This document shows positions 1 to 12,800 of a DNA stretch of 64,000 bases, piece after piece (position 1 is the first letter of the stretch; every line of letters begins with the position of its first letter). The notes under the pieces were generated by a model. It searched no databases. It was not told the origin of the DNA and saw only the letters and a program-made list of their open reading frames with translations. A program made the translations under genes and the position numbers. This DNA is from Camelus ferus (taxonomy: Eukaryota). The stretch lies in NCBI RefSeq assembly GCF_009834535.1, contig NC_045697.1, positions 33,048,001-33,112,000 on the forward strand, read 5' to 3'.

Positions 1-200
1 CCATCCGGACTCATGGGCCAATTGTACATTCAGATGACTCCAGCAGAAGCTTGTGGTTTCTGACTAAAACCACGTGTGAACCCTGAATGAGAACTAGCCA
101 GGTAGGTCCAGGCAACTCACAGAACAGTAAGAAGTAGTAATGTATATTTTTAAGCCGGTGTTTTCTCAGGTAGTCTGTTATATAGCAATACAAATAGGAA
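1..200 (+). mobile_element. MLT1-type (ERVL-MaLR) LTR 3' fragment
   Basis: cacagaacagtaagaagtagtaa...ttttaagcc...ctgttatatagcaata resembles the old MLT1 LTR 3' end. Confidence 0.55.
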
Positions 201-412
201 TCATTTTCTATGCTTAATTTGAAAAAAATGGAAAAGAATATACCCTTTATTGGATATAGCATGTAGTTATAACTTATATACACTTTGGCCTGAATTGTCC
301 GAAAACGTTTAAGAATGTGACAAAATCTGACACAAGCCAAAATAATAATAATAATAATAAATCCATACATAGATCAAAAATCCTACCCAGGACTTTGGGT
401 CTTATGATAGAT

Positions 413-818
413 AGTATCATGCTCTGAATGCATCCTCCCTGCCTCCCCAGCCTCCCACCAATTTGTATGTTGAAACTCTCATTACCCCAGAATGTAAGGA
501 CTTTTAAAGAGGTGATTAAGTTGAAATGAAGAAGTTAGGGTGGGTCCCAATTCAATCTGACTAGTGTCCTTTTAAGAGGAAATCTGGACAAACTGAAAGA
601 CACTAGAGGTGCCCACACACAAAAGAGAGACCATGTGAGGACATGGTGAGAAGGTAGCCCTCTATAGGCCAAGAAGTGAGAGACCTCGAAAGAAACCAGT
701 CCTGCCAACACCTTGATCTTGAACTTCCAGCCTCCAGAACTATGAGAAAATGAATTTCTGTTATTCAAGCCACCTAGTCTGTGGCATTGTGTTATGGCAG
801 CCCCAGCTGACTAACACA
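413..818 (+). mobile_element. MLT1A/B-like solo LTR (ERVL-MaLR), near full length
   Basis: Hallmark blocks gaggtgattaagtt, gggtgggtcccaattcaatctgactagtgtcctt, ccatgtgaggacatggtgagaagg, acaccttgatcttgaacttccagcctccagaactatgagaaaat and gttatggcagccccagctgactaacaca. Confidence 0.9.
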
Positions 819-929
819 AACACGAAGTAAGAGCTAAGAGTCAGAGTGTTTCCACTGCTGATTAGAGGGGTGCACTGGCTGACGTCTCCAGGGTTGGCTG
901 GCGTCCTGCTCCTGACCTGTATCAACCTG

Positions 930-1092
930 CATATCTCAGACCTATAGTGGAACCGGGTTATGCCTAGTGATTCTGGCTTGAGATGTTCCATCAGTTCTTT
1001 AGACTCTTTGAAATACTCTGAATGAATCCCTTTTTCTGTTTTAGTTAATCTGATTTGGTTTCTGTCATTTGTAAGCAAAAACACTAACTATA
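930..1092 (+). mobile_element. Old MLT1 (J/K/L-like) LTR 3' end
   Basis: aatccctttttctgttttagttaatctgatttggtttctgtcatttgtaagcaaaaacactaactata matches the old MLT1 terminus pattern. Confidence 0.6.
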
Positions 1093-1479
1093 AAAGATCT
1101 CTCCTTCAATACTGATGTTTAGATGAGTCACAATAAACCATACAATGTAAGGAATTCTCCACAAAATGCCTGCAGGTGCTCTTACCGTGGGAGGTACACA
1201 CATTTACAAAAAAATCACTGGTGGAAGAAGAAAAGTGTTATTACATTTAGTAATAATATAGGAGGATGCAAAGTTTGCTTAGTGAGATATTTAGATAGTG
1301 CTACAAAATAATGACAATAATCATACTAATAATAACTTGTTACTATTATGTTAAACAAGAAGGGGTTGTCAAGTGCTTATGAACGGCTGTTTTAATAATG
1401 GACTGTATGAAAGAGCTCAACAATGTCATTGCTTTAGAATTAAACTGGTAAGTTGTGACATTTCTAAGGGCTGCTTTTA

Positions 1480-1620
1480 GAGAAAGACAAATCTGTGCTT
1501 GAATTCTGACTGTGTTATCTAATAGACGTGGCCTTCAGTAAGTTATTTTCATCATCTCCAAAATAAGGATAATGTCTCACGTAGAATTATTCTAAATATT
1601 TAAAGAGAAAATGTATGCCA
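1480..1620 (+). mobile_element. MIR SINE, degenerate
   Basis: Core remnant gtggccttcagtaagttatt...catctccaaaataaggataat...tctcacgtagaattatt. Confidence 0.55.
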
Positions 1621-2835
1621 GATATTAACATTAGGATACAACAAAGCCCATATTTTCTTATTTTAAAGTCCACATCTCTTTCAGAAGTAGAAGGAGGATA
1701 TGGTTAACTTGCCAAGAAAACTAACTTTAGTCTCTTCTTAAAGTAAACAGTCTACCTCAATGTAACACAATCTCTTTGGGGCAAATATTCAGTTAATTGG
1801 AAGTTAACTACTTAACAAGGGTAATTCTGTCCTCTCAAGTGATGACCTTTCTTCTACCCACTTACCTGAGAAGATTCCTTGATGTTAGCAAACACATAGG
1901 TGACTTTGTGGCAGCAAGAATAAGGCAATTTGTTCTCGTGCTGGCACTTAAGTTCTGCAGTTCTCAAATCTTGATTCCCCAAGAAATGTATCGTCTCCTA
2001 AGTCATTGTGCACATTCATTGCAGCTGATCTTTGCTGAGAGTTTCCCCTTGGTGGAACTTCAGACAACAGTTCTCTGTTAATTATAAGGGCCTATTGTCT
2101 GCCCTTCACATCACTGATTGTGGTCTCCACAGAGCTGGCACTCTACTGTGTCCTCTATCCCACTCCTGGCTAAACTGTCATCTCCATGGTGTCACCTTCC
2201 CCTCATCACAACAATCCTACAGCAAGCAGGCTGCTGCCAGCCTACTTGTCTGGTTCCTCTCCTAAGAGCATGAGAGGAAACTCCATACCTTGCATGCAAT
2301 AAGGAGCCAAGAGGAAGCAGTGGAGGCCAAGAGATGGTGGAGTACTAATGTGGAGACTCTCTGTGATTGGACACAGCATGCTTCCTTTTCATGCTCATCA
2401 TGCCCATGGCGGAGCGAACACACCCTCAGAAGTGGTCTACACACTCTGAGTTCCAAATAGGCAAAGTCAAAAAAAGTAAACACATTTTCTGCTTTCATCT
2501 CTCTTCCACTCTCAACTCATCTGTGTTCTTTCTATCGTTTCTCTGGAAGTTCAACTCCAAAGTGGAGAGAAGGGGAGGAATCAAGGACTCTGTCATCTGA
2601 CTGCTTGCCCGCTCCTGTCTATCTCGTCTTCTTCGCTCAGTGTCACAAAGTGCTCTTTCTTTTCTCCTTCAGTGGGTATGAATTCTCTTCTGTCTCATCT
2701 TCAGTCCTCTCTTCACTGAGGCTTATATAGTCCTAGAGACCTGACTTTTGATATAAAAATGAAAATGCCTTTGCAACTTGAAAATCCTTTGTTTCTCTAA
2801 ACAAAACCTGTCGTTCAAGGTTATTATCTTTCTCT

Positions 2836-2861
2836 ACACACACACACACACACACACACGC
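2836..2861. repeat. (CA)n microsatellite
   Basis: Direct run acacacacacacacacacacacacgc. Confidence 0.95.
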
Positions 2862-3089
2862 ACTTTATTTCTTACAAGCTAACAGCCTTTCACTGTTTTC
2901 CTCCTCTCCTGTGCATTTCTACTAAGAAAATTCTAGTTGTCCTTCAGTCACTGGGGGCCTCTGGTGAAACAGAAGCAAGATCTTCATGTGGAAAATAGAA
3001 AAGGAAAAGCATATTAACATAATTTTAAAGATGGCATTCTATTTATGAATAGAGGAAATACTTGTAATTGAAGCTATAACTTCAATTCA

Positions 3090-3285
3090 TACTTCCATTC
3101 AGTCAGTAAAACAGTATCTCTTGAGCTCCTATGCTGCACAATCAGTATGTTAAAAGTTAGAGAATGCAACAGGGAGCAAAATGAAAGTAGTCCCTGGCCT
3201 CGTGAGCAAGACAGTCTCAGAACAGGAGTTACAAGTGTGAGGAGGAGGAATTTAGGGTTCTGTGGAACATTTCACAGAGGGTTGC
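3090..3285 (-). mobile_element. L2 LINE 3' fragment
   Basis: cattcagtcagtaaaacagtatctcttgagctcctatgctgcac...gtccctggcctcgtgagc is the reverse complement of the L2 3' end. Confidence 0.6.
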
Positions 3286-4220
3286 TCAAAAATTCTCCTA
3301 AGTGACTTTTTTTAAGACTCAGGTAAAACTACCTAAAAAGTAAATTTATGAGTATAAATTAATTTTGAAATAGAACAGTTCTTTTAGGATTCTGTTGAAA
3401 TCTAGACATTTTATTTATTATATTAGCAAAGTCAATTATAAGAATGATACCACATAAACATTTATCTCCCAAACTAGCAAGTTTTTCTGTTAATGAAAAA
3501 TATTTCATTACCTGAAGAAAACTCTGAAATAAAATATACTTTTCTTAATTTAGTTGAACAGAAATAAAGGACAAAACTATTTAAGCAATGATTTTGCTGA
3601 ATCAAACAAGTCACATTCATATGGATTGAACAAGTTTGTTATGGAGAATGTCTATATTTGCATTTTTATTAAGATTGCCATTTAGAGTGGTGATAATTAC
3701 TCTCTACCCATTAAGAAATAGCTGTTTTACAGATTTATAGCCCATTAACTATGTGACTTCTGATGTTTAGACAAAAAAATCTGGTTGCATGGCAAAAGTG
3801 TTCTCCAAGGACAAAAAGAGACAGAAAAATGAGAGGGCAAACTAATCTTTCATCTTTCTGAACATGAAAGCACTGTGTTCTAAGCTGTCCTTTGCCTAAA
3901 CCATGAAAATGGATCAAACATGCAAGGATGAGATAGGTTATAAGACCACAGTCTGGCACATTTCATCACCTCTACTTGACTGAGAATGAAACAGTAGGAT
4001 AAATAATATCAAAGGACAGAAATAATTTTATGCATCATTGGTCTGATTATAGGATTCTGAGTCCCAAATGTGCCCTAGCTCTTCAACACACAGAGGATTT
4101 CTGGTTTAACTTTGAAGTAATATTTAAAATACATGGGTCTTAGTGATATTAAAAGATCATTTCTATCAAGTTGGAATACATATATGTGTGTATATATATG
4201 TACACATTTCTCCAGAAGAA

Positions 4221-4455
4221 TAATAATCCCAGCTACCATTTCCTGAGTGCTCGCACCATGCCAGGCTTTATGCTAAACATATTACATCTATTATTTCATG
4301 GCAACATCACAAAACGCTACCAGGAATGATCATTGCCACTTTTCTAATGAAGGAAGTGAGTTTTGAACGGTTAAAGAAATTGCTGAATATCACAAATAAT
4401 TTAAGAAGTAGTAGAGTCTGTCTGATTTCCAAGTACACACACTCAACTACTGAGT
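4221..4455 (-). mobile_element. MIR SINE
   Basis: taataatcccagctaccatttcctgagtgctcgcaccatgccaggc...ccacttttctaatgaaggaagtgag...ttaaagaaattgctgaatatcaca. Confidence 0.75.
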
Positions 4456-7359
4456 TTCCTACATTTGGTTATCAAGGCCATACTTCATTTGAAATGTACT
4501 TTGTTTTCTCAGATACCTTTTGTGTTCACCATCATATTAAACTGTCATAAAACTAAGTAAGTTTGGGACAGCAGGTATTTTATTATTATTTATGTATACG
4601 TGAGAAACTTCAGAATCAAAATTTATATATGTATAAATTGTATACACACACACAAAATCCAAAACTATGCAATTTATTAAGTAGTAGCTAGCTAGACAAA
4701 CCTTAGTCTCCTAGTTCAAAATTTAGTGTTCCTTTTTTTTTTTTTTTTTTGACTTTGCCTCACACAAGCCCTCTTTGGTAAAAGGAGAAAACTTCCTCAG
4801 TCTTAAGGCAGTCCCTGAGGCAGACTTTCAGGTTTTGAGCCAGGAGACTTGGGTATTCATGCTCTTTGAACAAATTCGAAGAGTAATAAGCACACCACAT
4901 GCAAATGAGAGAAAAATCATTTTTAACATCCATGCTCCCTATCTGAACATCTCTGACACTACTTTCCCCAGAACTGTAATCCAATTTCCTGGTGCATCAT
5001 CCAGATTTTCTCAAACACCTGCAATGTCAGTATTACCAAGACCTAAATCTTTGATGTTTTTATAGGTGAGAATACCACAGTTTTCCCTCTTTTATTCTTT
5101 TTGGTATGATGGTCCTACTAATTACTGTAAACATTTTAGGCTGTTACAAATACACTAGAAATAAGAAAGCATTTAAAAGAAATTATAAAGGCAAAACATC
5201 ACCTTAGAGATGTCTCTAAAGAAAAGCTTTTTCCTCAGACTGTAGGAGCCTTTGTTGGGACTTTATCTCTCTTTGTAGGGTCAGGGTGATCTGGTCACCT
5301 TAGTCTAAATGAAAAGGGTCTTTGAATGGGTAGCAACACTGACAGAGCTCTCGGCAAGTACCTGAGACTTTCTGATTCAGCACTGCACACCCAGTTCTAC
5401 CACAGTTCCTGGCACAAAGTAGGATCTTGACTGAGTGACAAATAGCAAAATAGGTAACAGGGCTGCCACTAGGCTGAAGAGCAAACTTGAATGAGTTCAA
5501 TGCATTGGAAGATGACCGGACACAGAAGCTTCATATTCATGGTGATCACCCAAGAGGTTTTATTTACCCAGTAGGGTTCACCGAGTGTAACCCTACCCAC
5601 CAACCCCATCACCCCAGCTGGTGATTTCCTTCTTGGCCACATCTCAGGGAGAAACTTTTAGGAAAAATAACTGAAATAGGAAAACAAATAGAGGAAGATG
5701 CTCCTGACTCAGGGAACACAGTCTTCTTATTTTTTTTTTTTTAACCTGGAGTTGTTTATTGGAATAGCTAGTTGTGAGGAGGCACATGATTCAAGATCTT
5801 TCCCCACTTAAGGTGACTTCATCTGGCTTAGAACTCACCTTTTCAGGAAGGAGTAGTAAGAGTGAGCAGCCTCAAAATCTGGACAATAGAGAGCCTATAC
5901 TGAATAGATACTAGGATGAGCAGACAGGCAGACACTGCACACAAGTCAGAAGAGTTAATGAAGAACTGAAGGGATCTTTAGTGGCAGCTGATACATCACT
6001 GAGAGGTAAAGGAGGTTTCACGGGTACAGTAAATATCCATTACTTTCACTCCACAAGGAGTAAAACTGGCCATTCTCTTTAGCAAATTGATGCTGACGGT
6101 GGTGATAAAAGAAAGACACTTAAAACCGTCTTACTATTAGTATTTTTATTAATATTTGTTCCTGCAATTCTAGATATGAATATGAGAATTGCAACTGCCT
6201 GTGAATAATCAATGCTATAAGCAGTCACAGTGCCATATTGTGGTTTTGCCCTGGTTACATGCACAACTTTATTTTAGTGGCTGAACATAAAAATGTGTCT
6301 TCATTGAGTTTTCATTCTTAACTGTTTAGATTTGTAATAGAAGTAAATGAGTGAAATATTAAAAATTATTAAATTGGCTTTTGATCTTATTTATGAAGTA
6401 TTGATAGTCTCTTTTGGTGAATTTTTAAACTATAAATATATATTTTATTTAAAAATTAAAACCAAAAAGAAAGTAAAAGGTGAAATAGTCTGGCTAAAAG
6501 AATTTTCATTTACATTGGAGTGGTTCTGTATTCATGAGGCACCCTGAAAAATTAAACTGAAATTTTGTAGTTTGCTTAAAAAAAAACTTGACTAAAATAT
6601 TTTACTTGATTTTGACTAAATATAACTTTGTCAAACTATATTAGTATTAAAATGTTCTTGATTAATTTAATTTTAAATTATATAGTTCTTGATTAATCAT
6701 ATGTTCTTGATTAATTTAATTTTAAATTATATAGTAAATCTACTGATTCTATTTATGTTACTCAAGTCACCAAGATGCCCTAGCCTTTAATGTAGCTAAT
6801 AAAACTTTTTATTATTTTTTTTAACCTGCAGATGTTTGTTGGAATAGTTAGTTGTGAGGAGGCAGATGATTCAAGATCTTTTCCCACTTAATGGTGACTT
6901 AATAACTTATTAGAAATTAAAGTTCTCTTCCTTCTGTAAATGGGCTTAGGTAATATTTTTAAAATTCTTGTTACTGTTCTGGTTGTGGTTATACACATAC
7001 ACATACAATAAAACCTTTAGGTCTTTGAAACAGATACATTTAATTGAGAAAAAACACTCTTAATGAATTTAATACAATTTTGCTGTATAACGTAGAAGTT
7101 TTGATGTCCCAACAGTATTACTCTGTTGATGTTATGATCCAGAGGCCATCAAGAGGCAGACTTTTATTTCTGAATATACAATGAATAGATATTTTAAATA
7201 AACATTCCCCTTTTCTGTAGTAGGAGGACTGTAGGCTAATACGAATGTTGGAAACGTATAAGAATTAGATGTAAATATATGTAAACAGAATCATCCACTT
7301 CTAAAGAGGAAAGAAGTGTCCTTTACTGTCTTAACTGCAAATCAGTGCTTTTAAGAAAA

Positions 7360-7545
7360 TATCTGAGCCAGACCTGAGTTTCAATCCTGGCTTTTCTATT
7401 GATTTTTTTTTTTTAAAAATATACTTAATCTTTCTATGACAATTTTCTTAAGTGTAAAACAGCAATACTTAACTCCTACAATTGTTATGAGAGCTACATA
7501 AATTGATAATTAAAAAAGTCCTAGATCAGTGAATAGCATATGCTA
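7360..7545 (+). mobile_element. MIR SINE
   Basis: gagccagacctgagtttcaatcctggctt...acttaatctttctatgacaattttctt...tgtaaaacagcaata. Confidence 0.65.
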
Positions 7546-7547
7546 GG

Positions 7548-7627
7548 TTAGGTTAAACCATGAGAAACTGCCATTTTTATAACTGAAAAATCATTGCATA
7601 ATAACAATTTTATTCTTCTCAACATAA
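7548..7627. mobile_element. MADE2-like mariner MITE (~80 bp)
   Basis: ttaggttaaaccatgagaaactgcc...aacaattttattcttctcaacataa: degenerate inverted termini, size and sequence as recalled for MADE2. Confidence 0.65.
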
Positions 7628-8325
7628 TGTTACTATTATCTCCCTAGCTAACTACTGCTCATTAGGGAAGATTCAGAGCAATGATCACTTCCTCCCAGAG
7701 CCTCTCCTATCCCCTTACCTTCTCCTTTTTGTGACTAAATTCAGTTTCACATCTCTCTTTCCTGCTACAGTGTATATATCTCTATTAAGCCTTAATCATG
7801 TGTATTCGCTGTTTATTTCCAGTCTTTGAAACACCTTTTTCAAGCTCATGCTCTTTATTTCTGTAATTCTAGCATTTATCACTTATTTCATTATGCTAAC
7901 ATATCAAAATTATATTAAAAGTGTCAGTAGCAATAGCAACACAGAAATTTTCTTCTCCCATTGCCATCTGTTTCACATCCACCCTGGGAGTCTACCCATT
8001 AACAATCTCCAGCTCAGTTTGTAGGCTTCTCACTCTGCACTGAGGGACTGCCTGTCGAGCCACTTGGGATGCAGGGACATGGCAAGGAGCAGCCCAGGCA
8101 CCTGCACTAAATGAAGAGAAAGGGACAATGAAAAGAATATTGACCCTGCCCTTAGAGCTGTCTGCACGGCAATCCTCCAGAATGGATTTGCTATTTTCAA
8201 AAAGTAATTTTCCAGAAGTAATGCAAGCAGAGGGAGCTCAACATTTCTCATATAGTAGTGCCGTACTGCCGTATGGCGTGAGGCAAACCCCGCAACCCTG
8301 CATGGATTTCATTCTTAAAAGAAGA

Positions 8326-8455
8326 AAACGTGAAAGAAAGAACTCAAGAACACAAGAAAAGAAGGGAAAGAAGGAAGAAGGAAGGAAAGAAGGAAGAAAG
8401 AAAAAAGTAGGGGGGAGGGAGAAAGAATAAAGAAAGCAAGAGAAAGAGAGAAAAA
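8326..8455. repeat. GA-rich purine low-complexity tract
   Basis: gaaaagaagggaaagaaggaagaaggaaggaaagaaggaagaaag...; explains the K/E/R-rich and F/L/S-rich ORFs here. Confidence 0.9.
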
Positions 8456-8529
8456 TACATTTCAAATTAACAGAATAAAAAAGGACTTTTTAAATCATGT
8501 GTGCATTTATCTCACCACCAACACAAATG

Positions 8530-8720
8530 TAGTATCATGGCCAGAGACTAGGCTCTTGAATCATTAAATCTTGGTTTGAATCTCAGACATTTGTTGTCTA
8601 TGTGACTTTTAGCAAGTTACCTTCCTCGCTATACCTCAGTTTCTTCACCATAAAATTGAGATTTAAGTATAGTGTCTATTTTATAGAATTGTGAAGAGTT
8701 AAAAGTAATGCACATAATTA
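8530..8720 (+). mobile_element. MIR SINE
   Basis: tgtgacttttagcaagttaccttcctcgctatacctcagtttcttcaccataaaattgag. Confidence 0.75.
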
Positions 8721-9084
8721 TTTGACATATGTTAATCGTAGAATGTAGTAAATGAAGGTACATTACTAAGTGAAAGGGACAATGTTAAGTTCAGAATTAG
8801 GTGTGTTATGTATATTTATTTAAAAAAATAAGCATCTTGGATGAGAATCTCTTCAGAGATCATTACTCAAAGGAGATTTCAAAATAATGATTTTTAACAG
8901 TCCTAACAATTATTATTTTAACTTATTATGTACAATTGTAATTCTTATTTTAGAAAATGTAAACATCAAAGCATTTAAATTCAAATTTGGTAAATGACTC
9001 TTTGGCTACTGTGGAACATCATATATAAGGCCATAAGTTTAGAAGTTTAAATGGGAAAGGTGTTTCTTTCTCTCTTAACTAACT

Positions 9085-9873
9085 CTGTTAGGGTTCCAAA
9101 AGTGATGTGAAAACATCACAGTGCTGGAGATCCAGGTTCTCTCAACTTTGTGTTCTGTCTTTCATAGGATATTGCCTCTATTCAGTCATTAGTCAGGAGA
9201 CAAGCTATTATATATTAACAAACTGTCCCTTAACTCCCAGGGGCTAAATGTAAGAAAAGGTTATTTTCTACTTGCTCTGTAGCATATCATCAGCAGGAAG
9301 CTCTGCTCCACAAAGTCACTCGGGGACATGGGATGATGAAGACTCAAGGATCTTATAGCATCAACAAAGGGAGTATGGAGCTTTGCTGGTCACCATTGCA
9401 GAGGAAGAGAGACTGCAGATTAGCACCTGGTCTTTTCCCTGCCTGAGCCAGGAAGTGTTAGAGGTCACTTCCACTCACAATTCTCTGAACAGAAGTAGTC
9501 ATTTGGCCTTACCTAGGTACATGGGTTGGGGATATGTTGAAAATATGTAGGACGTCTGGTGAGCATTACTATCTCTGTTGCAGCCTACATTTTCTACACT
9601 TACCACCAGAGCTTCTTTCAGCCAGAAGAAGGAGATAAAGAGGCAAGTGAAGGGTATTCTCCTTTCCACCAAAGACAGGATCTGAGAAGTGTGCACTCAC
9701 TTCTATTCTCAAGCTGTGGGCCAAACTTAGTGAGGTGGCTCTACCTTCCAGCAAGGAAGCCTAGGGATTATGGTCTTTATTATGACAATCATGTACCTTG
9801 CTAATATTTAGGGGTTCTATTACTAAATAGGGAGTAAACAAATATTGAGAGAAGAACTACAGCCTCAGCCACA
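9085..9873 (-). mobile_element. Old MLT1 LTR cluster (probably one MLT1 nested in another)
   Basis: The reverse-strand MLT1 motif occurs twice (tcacttccactcacaattctctgaacagaagtagtcatttggcc at ~9465; ctcacttctattctc...aacttagtgaggtggctctacct at ~9695). Segments end in LTR-like ctctgttgca and cctcagccaca. Confidence 0.65.
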
Positions 9874-12800
9874 TTTGTGGACAAAATTAATAATATAAGG
9901 ATCATTTCATATTTAGGGAAAATGTTTGAATTCTGGATTCTGATATAAATGAAGATTCAGAATTCAAAGGAATCTTGAAGCACTTACTCTGTGTCACCAA
10001 AATATACTTTTTAAATTAATAAGCAGTCTACCAATCTATTGAAATCTCATTGATCCTTCTACACACAAGGAATTTTTTTCTGAATTACCTAGGCAGCTTG
10101 CAGGCTTCTAATGACAAGAAAACTTATAGGATATTGGTGAACTAAGGTTGAATACAAATTAAAGAAAGGTGAAATACAGATTTTATGATTCATGGTTTAT
10201 CTTTCTGTGCAGTTACATGAGGAGAAACAAGTCATCCATTAACATTGTTCAGCAGAGTTTTCATGGCTTCTTTTCTCTTTCAAGAAAGGCTCAGTTCTTT
10301 GAAAGACAGACTTTTGACATTTCCAAGAACTAATTTTCCAGTCTTGTAATCATATAAAAATCAAGTTAAGAGATACAGTTGCTAGTTATTATTTTTCCTT
10401 TTTGATGTTTTTTTTTTAAAAACACAAAACAACCATTGCCAATCTTATGCCCAGTTGAAACTCATCCTTAGATGTCATTTAAAAATAATCTTTACCATTG
10501 GCCACCTAAGGGTTGCATAAAAGCTAATTGGTGGAAATTATAGTATCATGCTGACCTTTACAACCTGAAATAATACTTCAGGCAATGAATGTTTTCTTCA
10601 GTAAATCCACCTGACTATCAAACAGCTATTTTTTTCCAGTTATAAATGACTTCCTTGCAGATTGATTTTCAGTATACTGGCTTTCTTCAGAATATCACCT
10701 ATCTTCAGATCATGAATACATTAGAAATGTGTGCTGATTAACAAAAGTATTATTATATAATAATTATAAGGCAAAGTACAGAAATAGGGAATTATTGCAT
10801 CCAGGTGTTGGACCCAGTTTATGTAATTCTGCAGGTTTGCTCACATGTCAGTTTCTGCTCTATGTTTGTGATGAATCTCCAAGAAGATCATCTAGAATTA
10901 TCTTCATTCTAGTAGGTTTAGTCTTATTAAAAGGAAGTCTTTTTGAGCCCTGATGCCACGTCGTGGTGCTCAGAGTAATCTCCCTCCTTGAGTAGCAGAC
11001 TCTCAGGCTGGGGCTCCTGATCTGCCATCTTGTTCATTGACATGAGTAGGCAGTGCTTCACCTCATACCTTTACCTACACCAGTTGCCTTCTACCATGGG
11101 TTCTTCTATTGTCACTGAGTCACAAGGTGCCACGGGATCTTTTGGAGGCTGCCTCTGAACTTTGAGACCAGCTTCCCTTGAAGATGTCCCATTAGAATGA
11201 ACTGAAAATCCTGGAACTCCAGCTGTAAGAGCCCCATGGAGAAATCTGGCCAGTGGGAAGATTAAAAAAACAAAGAAACTTTCTACAACACGATGGGTCT
11301 TTCAGATACCACTCACACTAAGCAGCTGGCTGTGCTTGTTACTTGGCTTTAGCCAGCTCAGAAATGTACCCTTTTATATGGGGGTCTTCTTCCATCCTTA
11401 GCTCACTTTCCATTATTCCTTGTTTTTTTCTGAGATCTCAATTTCACTCACCCTTAAAATGTTCTAAGGTTTTGCTTGTACAGTCCTGATTTTTAGAGAA
11501 TCTGGGCTAAGACATCTGTAAGTTAAATATTCTGAAGGGGTCAAGAGCAATTATATTTATCTTCCATTCTTCTTACATCGCTTCCTCTTTCCTTTTAATT
11601 CTTCCTTTTTTTTTCTTGTTAAGATTTTGTAAGTAATTTTTAGGCCATTCTATGGAATTATCAAGAGCCAAAACAAGTTGACATACATTTGGAAGAAATG
11701 TAAATTATGCTATGTTTCCTCTAAATAGAGGTAATATCTTTAATGACCTTCAAAGTAATATATTTTATTACCCTCAATAGAGAAAAGCATATAAAGATCA
11801 CTTAGGAAAGTTCAGACATATTTTAGAGTATTACTCATGGGGCAACACTGGTTACATGGTCTTGGCAGACATAAGAAGTTATAATTAATATATTTAACAC
11901 ACTAATCTGCATTGGGACTTTTAAAATTTGATTTTAGCTATAGGAATTTGGCTGCAAAAGTATGAAATGTAATTTTAAAGACTGAACAAGCATCAGCATT
12001 TACCTAATTCTAACTTTAATTATTATATAAGGCACGTAGGTCTCAGAAAGATGAAGGGAGTTTTGAAGACACCTTGTCTCTTAAGTTCAGAGACTTGACT
12101 AAGACAAAGACCAAAGACTTTAAGTCACTTACAGCTGGTTTGCTATGTGCCTCAGATTAATATTCTTTCTAACTTGAGGTTTTCTGAACCAGAACTAGAA
12201 GGGGGAAATTTAGAAATAAACAATAAAAAATCTAAGGAACTGAACACTAGACTTTGACAAATCACTTTAAAATGACAGATTTTATTTATTTCTCTTTTTA
12301 CAGAAAAGGCCCACACACTGTTTTTTAACTATGTACTACAGAAGAGAAGGTTGTGGATTCTAAATTATTTACATTCATGTCTTTCTAGAGGGAATAGTTT
12401 TAACTTTTAGAGAATGAGGTTAGTGGCAGTACTTGAGATTTTCTGACTTATGCTACTCTGGGAATATTTTGGGAAAGTACGATTTTTAACCCATACTTGT
12501 ACTCTGAGTGAGAGATGGTTTTCAGCAAATATGCCATGTGTAGATACTAAATCAAGCAATTAGAAACAACAGATTTCTGTTTGTGTTTGTGTGTTCTCTA
12601 GCTGTGATGAATATGTGCAACATTAGCAATATTTTAATTTAATTTTGCTCATTTTTCTTTATAACACTAATGTTTTATTTGAAAAGCAGATCATAGAAAT
12701 AAATGAAAAACAGACAACATAATTAAGTAAAAAGGTAGAAATAATACTAGTTTCTCACAACCCAGAATTAAACAATATTAAAATTTTGGAGTTTTATCTT

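Noticed and set aside
5727..6900. CRISPR-like array or paired LTRs from the direct repeats
   Set aside because: Only two copies, mammalian context, no regular spacers, no TG...CA ends and no retroviral internal sequence.
8128..8465. K/E/R-rich and F/L/S-rich ORFs
   Set aside because: They are translations of the GA-rich simple repeat.
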